A stretch of DNA of 44,915 nt from a virus (Duplodnaviria; Caudoviricetes), in IMG/VR virus record IMGVR_UViG_3300049191_000043, positions 1 through 44,915 of that record; one strand, written 5' to 3'. The translations under genes and the position numbers were made by a program. Positions 35,396-42,715 of this stretch are shown here, one piece after another. Below the pieces are notes generated by a model. That model had not been told where the DNA came from. It was given only the letters and a program-made list of their open reading frames with translations, and did no database searches. Position 1 is the first letter of the stretch; every line of letters begins with the position of its first letter.

Positions 35396-35905
35396 ATGGC
35401 ACTTCACGAACAAAGCATTGGCGCGACTGACGAATGGTACACCCCGCCCCATGTCTTTACGGCGCTTGGCTGTGACTTTGCGATCGACGTTGCGAGTCCG
35501 GGTGCTGCGGTGACATGGTGGATACCGGCCGAGCGCTTCATCACCGTGCGAAGTCTAGAGCAGGACTGGTCCGGGTTCGTTTGGATGAATCCGCCATTCG
35601 GCGCCCGCAACGGCCTTGTGCCGTGGCTAGATAAGTTCTTCGAACATGGCAACGGCATCGCCCTGGTCCCTGATCGGACATCAGCGCCATGGTGGCAGCG
35701 GTTCGCATCAAAGGCAGATTTGGCCCTGTTCATCTCGCCGAAGCTCAAGTTCATCGGCGCCGATGGCAAGCCTGGGGATTCTCCTGCGCAGGGTACAACG
35801 CTTCTAGCCGCCGGCATCCGAGGCGTTCGCGCGCTGGAGCGCGCAGCACGTTTGGGGCTTGGCGTCACTTTCAAGCCGATCCTCCAAAACGATGGACAGA
35901 AATGA
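35396..35905 (+). CDS. Phage Dam-like DNA N6-adenine methyltransferase
   Basis: DEWYTP, D.AS, WMNPPF and LVP.RT..PWW motifs; start 35396 (or 35258). Confidence 0.85.
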   Translation: MALHEQSIGATDEWYTPPHVFTALGCDFAIDVASPGAAVTWWIPAERFITVRSLEQDWSGFVWMNPPFGARNGLVPWLDKFFEHGNGIALVPDRTSAPWWQRFASKADLALFISPKLKFIGADGKPGDSPAQGTTLLAAGIRGVRALERAARLGLGVTFKPILQNDGQK

Positions 35906-36022
35906 GCACCATAGTCGCCGTAATCATCACTATCGCAGTTTGCTTCGTGATCGGGGTTTTCGTCCTCGCTTACGTGCTTGATGGAACGAAGACGCGCCTG
36001 GTCTCTTCTGGTGTCCGGGCTT

Positions 36023-36187
36023 CTAGCGCTTCTTCTCCCGGCGGCTCAGCTCCTTCTCAACGGCTTCCCGAATGAAATCCGACCGCTTTTCATTGGTTTC
36101 CGGGTCAAGTACCCGGTCAATACGGTCCAGCGTCCCGCCTGGAAAGCGGGCTGGTGTCTGCTCTTCGTTGATCGTTCTGCGTCCCAT
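36023..36187 (-). CDS. Ribbon-helix-helix (CopG/Arc-like) repressor
   Basis: ARFPGGTLDRIDRV...RSDFIREAVEKEL.RR. Confidence 0.75.
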   Translation of the reverse strand: MGRRTINEEQTPARFPGGTLDRIDRVLDPETNEKRSDFIREAVEKELSRREKKR

Positions 36188-36201
36188 GCTGACATACATA
36201 G

Positions 36202-36276
36202 ATGATATCACGTATTGTTACAAGAGGGAAAATACATGATATCTCCTATTGACCTTCTCGGAATAGATGATATCTT
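36202..36276. promoter_or_regulatory. Divergent promoter region with three ATGATATC operators
   Basis: ATGATATC at 36202, 36236 and 36267; TTGACC-N16-TATCTT with extended TG. Confidence 0.7.
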
Positions 36277-36302
36277 CTAATCATCAACAACGGAGCACGC
36301 AC

Positions 36303-36674
36303 ATGGCACGGTTTCTGGTTCGCGGCATCAACGACGACAAGTCATTCTGTGAGTGTTGCGGCAAGTCCGGCCTCCAGCGGGTTGTCTGGATTGAGGACAT
36401 GGAGACGGGCGAGATCAAGCACTTTGGCACCTCCTGCGCCATGAAGCCGGCCAAGGGCTTTGACTGCTTGAATGAGATCAAGAGCGCCATCAAGTCCGCT
36501 AAGGACGAGGAAAAGGCAATCTGCTCGACCGCCTTCTACCGCTACAAGAAGGTTCACGGCGGCCAGATGATCAGCATGAACGCCGAGGTTGGATACCCCT
36601 GCTCTCGCGTTGCCGACACGGCCCTCTGGGCTCAGTGCTTGACTGAGGCCAGAGAAATGAGGAGGGCCGCATGA
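36303..36674 (+). CDS. Cys-rich zinc-binding hypothetical protein
   Basis: CECCGK...FGTSCA; GGAG RBS. Confidence 0.75.
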   Translation: MARFLVRGINDDKSFCECCGKSGLQRVVWIEDMETGEIKHFGTSCAMKPAKGFDCLNEIKSAIKSAKDEEKAICSTAFYRYKKVHGGQMISMNAEVGYPCSRVADTALWAQCLTEAREMRRAA

Positions 36675-36976
36675 CCCTCCGAGCCTCACGCGGGGAGATT
36701 TGTTCGTGTTGTGGGGTGCCTCGGCGCCCCACGCAAGCGCCAGTTCATAGCTTCGGAAACTCCGCCAGGCTCATATCGATTAGGGAACATCGAGAGATAG
36801 ACCCTACCGATATTGAACAATCACCATCGCTTACTATCAGCGTGAGCATTTGGCGAAACGGCGGAGGTTTAACCGGAGAGCACATCTGCGATGAATGCAT
36901 AGTGATCGGACTCCGCGAAGCGAAGCGCTTTGTTGATGAGTCGCTTAACGCATTGCAGCCTTCACAACGGACATGA
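36671..36976 (+). CDS. Zinc-finger hypothetical protein
   Basis: CSCCG and HICDEC motifs. Confidence 0.6.
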   Translation: MTLRASRGEICSCCGVPRRPTQAPVHSFGNSARLISIREHREIDPTDIEQSPSLTISVSIWRNGGGLTGEHICDECIVIGLREAKRFVDESLNALQPSQRT

Positions 36977-36989
36977 CGAAGAGCGCAAT

Positions 36990-37142
36990 ATGAAAAAGCA
37001 AAAGCCACATGAAGTCACCTGTTGCATCTGCAGGGAAACCTTTCAGAAGGAAGTGAAGGGTGCCGCCCACAATCGGAATTACTATCGATGCCGCGGGTGC
37101 TTGAAGAAACTACAGCGCGCCGCTTCACGCTTGCGGACATGA
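36990..37142 (+). CDS. Small zinc-finger protein
   Basis: CCIC and CRGC motifs; flanked by direct repeats. Confidence 0.55.
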   Translation: MKKQKPHEVTCCICRETFQKEVKGAAHNRNYYRCRGCLKKLQRAASRLRT

Positions 37143-37173
37143 CGAAAGACCGCGACTTTTAAAGGAGATTAAG

Positions 37174-37503
37174 ATGGACACACAATTGAAGGCGAAGTGG
37201 GTCGCTGCGCTGAGAAGCAAGCGCTATCGTCAAACGACCGGCAATCTTAGAGATCAGTACGGCAGCGGCAGCTATGGCTACTGCTGTTTGGGCGTTCTTT
37301 GCCACACAATGGGCGCCCGATGGAAACAAGGCGTTCCGTTTATAAAAGATCTCCGCATGAAGATTCATGGAGAAGCTTATCTCAGCCCGGAAACCCTGCA
37401 ATTGGTTGGCTTGAGCGACGGGACACAACGAGAGTTGGCATCCATGAACGACGGCCCAGCAAAATTTCCTGAGATTGCCGATTGGATCGAGAAGAACGTA
37501 TGA
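37174..37503 (+). CDS. Conserved phage hypothetical protein
   Basis: KWV.ALRS..Y.Q..G.L...YCCLGVLC...ND...F.EIADWIE; AGGAG RBS. Confidence 0.8.
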   Translation: MDTQLKAKWVAALRSKRYRQTTGNLRDQYGSGSYGYCCLGVLCHTMGARWKQGVPFIKDLRMKIHGEAYLSPETLQLVGLSDGTQRELASMNDGPAKFPEIADWIEKNV

Positions 37504-37727
37504 CCACCCCGGCCCCCGAGACGATCGAGCGCGAACAGGGCAAGCTCTACCTGAGCGATGCCGAGCTGATCCGTCGCCTCGGCGTGCCGGAAAAGCACAT
37601 GCGCAAGATCCTGCCCGGCCTGGAAAGCAAGTACGGTTTTCCACGGAAACAACCGCTTTTCGGGGATCGACGCTATTGGCCGGCGGTGAAGCTGTGGCTC
37701 GACAAGCGGAACGGATTGGACTTGTAA
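37500..37727 (+). CDS. xis: Excisionase-like winged-helix protein
   Basis: GFP....LFG.RRYWPAV..WLD pattern; located upstream of the integrase. Confidence 0.65.
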   Translation: MTTPAPETIEREQGKLYLSDAELIRRLGVPEKHMRKILPGLESKYGFPRKQPLFGDRRYWPAVKLWLDKRNGLDL

Positions 37728-37748
37728 CATTTCGTGATTACGCGGGAC

Positions 37749-37776
37749 TTGCGTATACGCAGAAGTAGCGTATGTT
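37749..37776 (+). promoter_or_regulatory. Internal promoter with palindromic operator
   Basis: TTGCGT-N16-TATGTT overlapping the palindrome GCGTATACGC (37751-37760). Confidence 0.6.
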
Positions 37777-37811
37777 GTGTCTATCGAAGACGCCAACAAC
37801 GGAGCAAGAAA

Positions 37812-37967
37812 ATGACCAACCAAGCAGCCCGCGAAGTTTTCAACCAAGTCATCGCCAATCTGACCGATGCTGACCAGATTGCCAAGATCGAGCTGGCCCG
37901 CGAATACTTCACCAATCCGACCTTTGCGAAGGCCTTGGCGGACCACCTCTGGGAGGCTCAGAAATGA
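37812..37967 (+). CDS. Small hypothetical protein
   Basis: GGAG RBS; 51 aa. Confidence 0.7.
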   Translation: MTNQAAREVFNQVIANLTDADQIAKIELAREYFTNPTFAKALADHLWEAQK

Positions 37968-38158
37968 GCCAACCAACTGAGATTGAGATAACAGCCTGCG
38001 TTCGCGCGATGGTGCGCAGCGAAGCATGGTCGTCGTTTTGGAGCGAGGAAGACGCCCGAAAACTGGTTGAATCTGTTCTTCGCGAGTCTCGGAAACACAG
38101 GGATAGAGACGGATATCCTCTCCCTATCGATCAGCATGGAGAACCTTCGCTGCCATGA
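37964..38158 (+). CDS. Hypothetical protein
   Basis: ATGA-coupled on both sides. Confidence 0.55.
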   Translation: MSQPTEIEITACVRAMVRSEAWSSFWSEEDARKLVESVLRESRKHRDRDGYPLPIDQHGEPSLP

Positions 38159-38346
38159 CCCCTACCCAATACAAGGCGACCATCAAAGCCCTCGGCCTCT
38201 CACAAGAGAGGGCCGGGGATTGGCTGGGGATAGGCCGCCGGACCTCGCAAGGGTACGCCTTGGGGGAATACCCGGTTCCCGAGCCCGTTGCTAAGCTGCT
38301 CCGTCTTTGCGTCAAAATGAAGCTGAATCCGGAGGACGTGAAATGA
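38155..38346 (+). CDS. Small XRE HTH regulator
   Basis: MTP.QY...LGLSQ..AG.WLGI..RT...YA.G..PVP..VA.LLRL. Confidence 0.8.
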   Translation: MTPTQYKATIKALGLSQERAGDWLGIGRRTSQGYALGEYPVPEPVAKLLRLCVKMKLNPEDVK

Positions 38347-39611
38347 CTGAACGCACGCCGCCCCGTGTTGAGGATGCGCCGGGCCTTGTCTGGCGCGAGC
38401 GCAAGAAGACGTGGGTTGCCTACTGGCAGGCCCGCAGCGACCTTGTGAAGAAGGGCTATGCGCCGGGCGCGAAGAAGCTTTGGGAGGGCGTCGAGCCCGA
38501 CGATATCGACAAGGCGGAAATCGCCTCAGAGTGCAACGAGCTTCAATCGGCTATGCTCATCTGGGGTCGGGAGCGCGATGGGAGCGGCAAGCTGTACCCG
38601 CTCGTCACTGTAAGCAACCTGATCCACAAGTACCAGAACGACCCGGACTCGGCGTTCCACAAGAAGCAATATGAGGCGCGGCAAGGCAAGGCCGCCCTGC
38701 TCAAGCGGATCGACAAGCGGTTCGGTGACGTGATGCTGGCCGAGATCACTGGCCGGATGATCTTGTCCTGGTACAAGGAATGGAGCGATGGCGGCCAGAA
38801 GGTATCCGCGGGCGGGGCTTTCGTCGCCACCCTGCGGACCCTGTTCCGGTTCGGCGCCGGCCTGTTGGATGACGCGGAATGCTCCCGCCTCGCCGGCACG
38901 CTATCCAGCCAGAGCTACAAGGGCACCAAGCCGCGCGAGGTAGCCCTATCGGCTGAGCAGGCCATAGCCGTCAGGAAGGCCGCCCACGCGCGCGGCTGGC
39001 CCTATATGGCCCTCGCCCAGGCCATCCAGTTCGAATGCACCCTGCGCCAAAAGGACGTCATCGGCCAGTGGGTTCCTGTGAAGGAACCGGGCGTTTCGGA
39101 CGTTATCCGGACCAAGATGTACAAGGGCCAGAAGAAGACCAAAAAGTGGATCACCGGCCTGCGCTGGGAACGGATCGACGAGAACCTGATCCTGCGGCAC
39201 GTCACCAACAAGCGGAACAAGAAGATCGAGATCGACCTGAAGCTCGCACCGATGGTGATGGAGGAATTTCAGGCCATCTTCGGATCCACCGATCGCGCGG
39301 CAATGAAGCCGTCCGGCCCGGTGATCATCTGCGAGTTCGACAAGCACCCCTATTACAGCACCGAGTTCCGGCGCAAGTGGCGGAAGGTGGCGAACGATGC
39401 CGGCGTTCCGAAGAGCGTCAAGAACATGGACACCAGGAGCGGCGCGATCACCGAGGCCGCGGCTGCCGGCGCCGATATGGAGAAGGTTCGGAAGGCCGCG
39501 ACCCACAGTAACGTCGCGCAAACACAGAACTATTCGCGGGATGATGCCAAGGCGACGGCCGAGGTCATGGCCCTGCGGGTAGCGCGTAGAAACAAACCAG
39601 CTACGGAATAG
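38343..39611 (+). CDS. int: Tyrosine integrase
   Basis: FECTLRQKDV (catalytic R), NKRNK (K), MDTRSG (atypical HxxR box) and ATHS...TQNY (H, Y); 422 aa from ATG 38343. Confidence 0.9.
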   Translation: MTERTPPRVEDAPGLVWRERKKTWVAYWQARSDLVKKGYAPGAKKLWEGVEPDDIDKAEIASECNELQSAMLIWGRERDGSGKLYPLVTVSNLIHKYQNDPDSAFHKKQYEARQGKAALLKRIDKRFGDVMLAEITGRMILSWYKEWSDGGQKVSAGGAFVATLRTLFRFGAGLLDDAECSRLAGTLSSQSYKGTKPREVALSAEQAIAVRKAAHARGWPYMALAQAIQFECTLRQKDVIGQWVPVKEPGVSDVIRTKMYKGQKKTKKWITGLRWERIDENLILRHVTNKRNKKIEIDLKLAPMVMEEFQAIFGSTDRAAMKPSGPVIICEFDKHPYYSTEFRRKWRKVANDAGVPKSVKNMDTRSGAITEAAAAGADMEKVRKAATHSNVAQTQNYSRDDAKATAEVMALRVARRNKPATE

Positions 39612-39747
39612 CGGACGGATCGCGGACGGATTTGTAAGTGATTGATTCTAGGGCCAGAAAGACGAGGCCCGGAGTGCCTAGGTGACTGTCGGATTTGGCA
39701 GATTATCCAGACCTTATCAGCACTTAATCAACTTTGCCGTCCGCTAT
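39608..39747. other. Candidate attP
   Basis: Tandem GCGGACGGAT (39611, 39622), inverted copy CCGTCCGCTAT (39737) and an IHF-consensus site AATCAATCACTTA on the minus strand (39635-39647), directly after int. Confidence 0.7.
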
Positions 39748-39791
39748 CCAGAAGAGCAACCGACGCATGAAGCGTCAAATGGAGAGCGACG

Positions 39792-40115
39792 ATGGGCGTA
39801 GACCGAACTGACTATCTGATGTTCGCCACCGAGGTAGGGGCCGACACGTTTGATTACGACAAGCACGTAGCCGAGATTGAAGGGGCGCCGGGAGCACGCT
39901 TCAACATCGTCTATGACGGGATGAGCGGCCAATATTGCTTGGCTGGCAAGATCATCGCCCAGAGCGATCCCTACGAGGGGTTCGAAATGGCAAAGATCGA
40001 CCCCGAGAAACTCGCCGTCGACGCAGTCGCCGTGGCCGAAGCCGTCTCGGAATCCTTTGGCCGCAAGCTGACGCCAAGCGACTTCTCGCTGATCCTCTTT
40101 ACTCACTTCAGCTAG
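39792..40115 (+). CDS. Hypothetical protein
   Basis: GGAGAG RBS; YDGMSGQY..AG motif. Confidence 0.75.
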   Translation: MGVDRTDYLMFATEVGADTFDYDKHVAEIEGAPGARFNIVYDGMSGQYCLAGKIIAQSDPYEGFEMAKIDPEKLAVDAVAVAEAVSESFGRKLTPSDFSLILFTHFS

Positions 40116-40141
40116 CGATCATTCAAACAGGGAGAGCGACG

Positions 40142-40360
40142 ATGGCGAAAGCTAAGAGGCCGAGGACAGCGAGCAACACTGGCTTCGGCATCATGAACCC
40201 CTACGGCGATATGTGGACGTCGGAGGTCTTCGGCACGCCCGGTCAAGCCAAGGGGCACCTGGAGAGATTCTGGCGCGGAGCTGACGGTCAAACCGACCTG
40301 ACGAAGTTCAAGATTGTCCGAGCTCGACAGGTCGCTCATTACGTCGGCGAAGCGCAGTAG
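40142..40360 (+). CDS. Hypothetical protein
   Basis: Same 15-bp RBS/start context as 39792. Confidence 0.7.
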   Translation: MAKAKRPRTASNTGFGIMNPYGDMWTSEVFGTPGQAKGHLERFWRGADGQTDLTKFKIVRARQVAHYVGEAQ

Positions 40361-40399
40361 CGATCTTTCAAACAGTCCGTCAGATGAACGAGAGACCTC

Positions 40400-40846
40400 G
40401 TGAATAAGCTGCGCCACGTCCGAATTAAGCTGCCCGAAGCGAACGCCTTTGTGGAAGCGCACCACCGGCACCATAAGCCGGTGATCGGGCACCTGTTCTC
40501 GATTGGGGCAGTGATAGATGACCAACTCGTCGGCGTGGCAATTGTGGGTCGCCCCGTGGCCCGTATGCGGGACGACGGACTAACAGCAGAGGTTACCCGG
40601 CTCTGCACGGACGGCACCAGGAACGCCTGCTCGTTCCTCTACGGGGCATCGGCCCGAGCTGCGTTCGCGCTCGGTTTCAAACGGATCGGAACCTACATTC
40701 TCGCCAGCGAGAGCGGCTCAACCCTAAACGCTGCTGGATGGCGTTTGATCGGCGAAACAAAAGGTGGATCATGGTCAAGACCCTCAAGAGGAAGAACCGA
40801 CAAGCACCCGACGCAGCCAAAGATGCTGTTCGAGACGACGCCGTGA
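40400..40846 (+). CDS. XF1762-like / Mom-related GNAT-fold protein (DNA-modification candidate)
   Basis: AN.FV..HHRHH...GVAIVGRPVAR...EVTRLCTDG..NACSFLY...E.G.TL.AAGW. Confidence 0.8.
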   Translation: MNKLRHVRIKLPEANAFVEAHHRHHKPVIGHLFSIGAVIDDQLVGVAIVGRPVARMRDDGLTAEVTRLCTDGTRNACSFLYGASARAAFALGFKRIGTYILASESGSTLNAAGWRLIGETKGGSWSRPSRGRTDKHPTQPKMLFETTP

Positions 40847-40975
40847 TTGTCCTGAAGGACGGCACGAAAGTACCGGCCGATGATTTCTGGCTGTACGCGC
40901 CGACTTGGATGATCTGCAAGTACGGCGAGCCCGTCTAGTCCGGTCTGGCCGGCACACCGAAACACTGGAGGTAAT

Positions 40976-41533
40976 ATGAAGAAGATACCTACGATTTTTG
41001 ACCGAGATTGGGACGGTGACCGAAGCCGGGTGCTAAATGTAATCAACGGCGCTTGCGATTGGGTCTTTGCCGGCGAAGGGAGGGCAACCAGGAAGCTGGA
41101 CGGCACAAGTTGCCTCATCCGCGACGGCCAGCTTTACAAGCGCCGGGAGTTGCGCAAGGGCGATAAAGAGCCGCCTTCATTCGAGGTCGCCGATGTCGAT
41201 CTGGAGACGGGAAAGATCGTCGGATGGGTGCCGGTTGGGGACGGCCCCGAGGATCGGTGGCACCGAGAAGCCTTCGCTGCTATCGAGCCGGAAGATGGCA
41301 CGTACGAACTGGTCGGCCCAAAAATTCAGGGCAACCCCGAGAAGTTTGCAACTCACGGCTTAGTTTCGCACCGATCAATCTGGCTGGGCTACGATGATGT
41401 GCCGCGAGATTATGAAGGACTGAAGGACTGGCTCGCCACCCGGGATATTGAGGGGCTCGTGTTCCAGCACCCGGACGGCCGGATGGCGAAAATCAAGCTT
41501 CGCGACTTCGGACTGAAGCGCACTGTTTCGTAG
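40976..41533 (+). CDS. Minimal RNA-ligase-like nucleotidyltransferase (DUF5565-like)
   Basis: Motif I KLDGT, III YELVG, IV EGLVF and V MAKIK; GGAGG RBS. Confidence 0.8.
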   Translation: MKKIPTIFDRDWDGDRSRVLNVINGACDWVFAGEGRATRKLDGTSCLIRDGQLYKRRELRKGDKEPPSFEVADVDLETGKIVGWVPVGDGPEDRWHREAFAAIEPEDGTYELVGPKIQGNPEKFATHGLVSHRSIWLGYDDVPRDYEGLKDWLATRDIEGLVFQHPDGRMAKIKLRDFGLKRTVS

Positions 41534-41573
41534 TGGCAAGGTATCCGCACATGACCCCGAAAGAACGATCTGA

Positions 41574-41669
41574 GAAAGGAACCGGCACCCCGACGCTGGC
41601 GGCAGCGACGACCTGATGGCCGAGCTCAACGTCGCCTATGACGAGGCAAAGCGCGAGCTCCGCACTTGA
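41574..41669 (+). pseudogene. J-domain (DnaJ) C-terminal remnant
   Basis: Frame reads RHPDAGGSDDLMAELNVAYDEAKRELRT*, with an in-frame stop immediately upstream and no start codon before the HPD motif. Confidence 0.65.
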
Positions 41670-41706
41670 TTCCTGACGCACCCAAAATCTAATCGAGGAG
41701 AAGGAA

Positions 41707-41883
41707 ATGGGCGGGATCTTGGTTCTGGATATTGAGGGGTGGACCCTTGAGGTCAAAACCCTGGGCGAAGGGTTCCAGGTGGCCATCACCGAAGACGACA
41801 AGCCGCCGACCAGCCATTACGTGCGGCTGGACAAGGAGCAGTCCGAAAGCCTGCGCCAGTTCGTTAATGAAGCGCGATCGTGA
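41707..41883 (+). CDS. Small hypothetical protein (58 aa)
   Basis: GAGGAG RBS; translated by hand. Confidence 0.6.
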   Translation: MGGILVLDIEGWTLEVKTLGEGFQVAITEDDKPPTSHYVRLDKEQSESLRQFVNEARS

Positions 41884-42100
41884 AAAGGAATTGACCGATA
41901 TGGTGCCGGGACATTCGAACGGACTTCAACAGGGTGAACGGATGCCGGATAACGGCACTGCGGCAGACGTCGGTTGCTTGGTCTGCCGCTGTCGCTTTTC
42001 AAACCGCTACTGGCTGTCAAAGTCGGGCCGGTCAGAAGGGCCTTACTGCGCCGCGCACTTTCCGGCGATTTGCGATGGGATGCGACAGGGAGAGAAATGA
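41867..42100 (+). CDS. Cys-containing hypothetical protein
   Basis: CLVC and CAAH motifs; start uncertain. Confidence 0.45.
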   Translation: MKRDREKELTDMVPGHSNGLQQGERMPDNGTAADVGCLVCRCRFSNRYWLSKSGRSEGPYCAAHFPAICDGMRQGEK

Positions 42101-42345
42101 TGGCTGAGAAAATGTCTATGGACGAACTCAACGAGGTCGCCGCCGAGTTCTTGGCCGCTGGTCGCAAATACTGGGAGGCTGCCCACAAAGCCGGCATCGG
42201 TGGGGCCGTGATCTGGGTCAGCGATACCGCCGATGGGCTGGTCCTCTTCACCAGGGGCGAGTACCGAGAAACTCTGATGCGCAATATCGACTATCTCAGC
42301 GACAACGTTCGTTACTTCGGCGCTGGCAAAATTGATCCATCCTGA
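42097..42345 (+). CDS. Hypothetical protein
   Basis: GGGAGAG RBS; ATGA overlap. Confidence 0.65.
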   Translation: MMAEKMSMDELNEVAAEFLAAGRKYWEAAHKAGIGGAVIWVSDTADGLVLFTRGEYRETLMRNIDYLSDNVRYFGAGKIDPS

Positions 42346-42360
42346 GCAGGAAACGAGCAA

Positions 42361-42552
42361 ATGAATATCGAAGGACGAATAAAGCTATCTCAGGACGACC
42401 TAAAGAAGCTGGTGGCCGACCATATCAATGAAAAGTTCGGGACCAACATCGAACCGGACAAGGTGTGGCTTGGCCTGACGGGAGACGAGCGAATGGATAA
42501 AGTTATGGCCAGCGTGAACATGGACGGACACGTAACGGTAACACCTAAATAG
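42361..42552 (+). CDS. Hypothetical protein
   Basis: AGGA RBS; 63 aa. Confidence 0.65.
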   Translation: MNIEGRIKLSQDDLKKLVADHINEKFGTNIEPDKVWLGLTGDERMDKVMASVNMDGHVTVTPK

Positions 42553-42715
42553 GATGCTTCACCAATGAAACACATCAGCCAGGCCGATCCAAATAGCCCC
42601 GAAGGCAGGCGGATGAAACACCTCTACACCCTACAGCCATGGCAACTAGCCGCGCGAAGATGGCGTTTCCTGATCGCCTTCCCGCCACTTCTTCTAAAAC
42701 GATCTGTCGGACTCT

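Noticed and set aside
39648-39736. tRNA or tmRNA fragment as att core
   Set aside because: No T-arm (GTTCRA) or CCA-end pattern was recognisable; the core could not be assigned without a search.
33868-40375. CRISPR array or classical integron attC sites
   Set aside because: The repeats are degenerate and separated by whole genes rather than 30-40-bp spacers. I saw no RYYYAAC...GTTRRRY palindromes, and the integrase looks phage-type.
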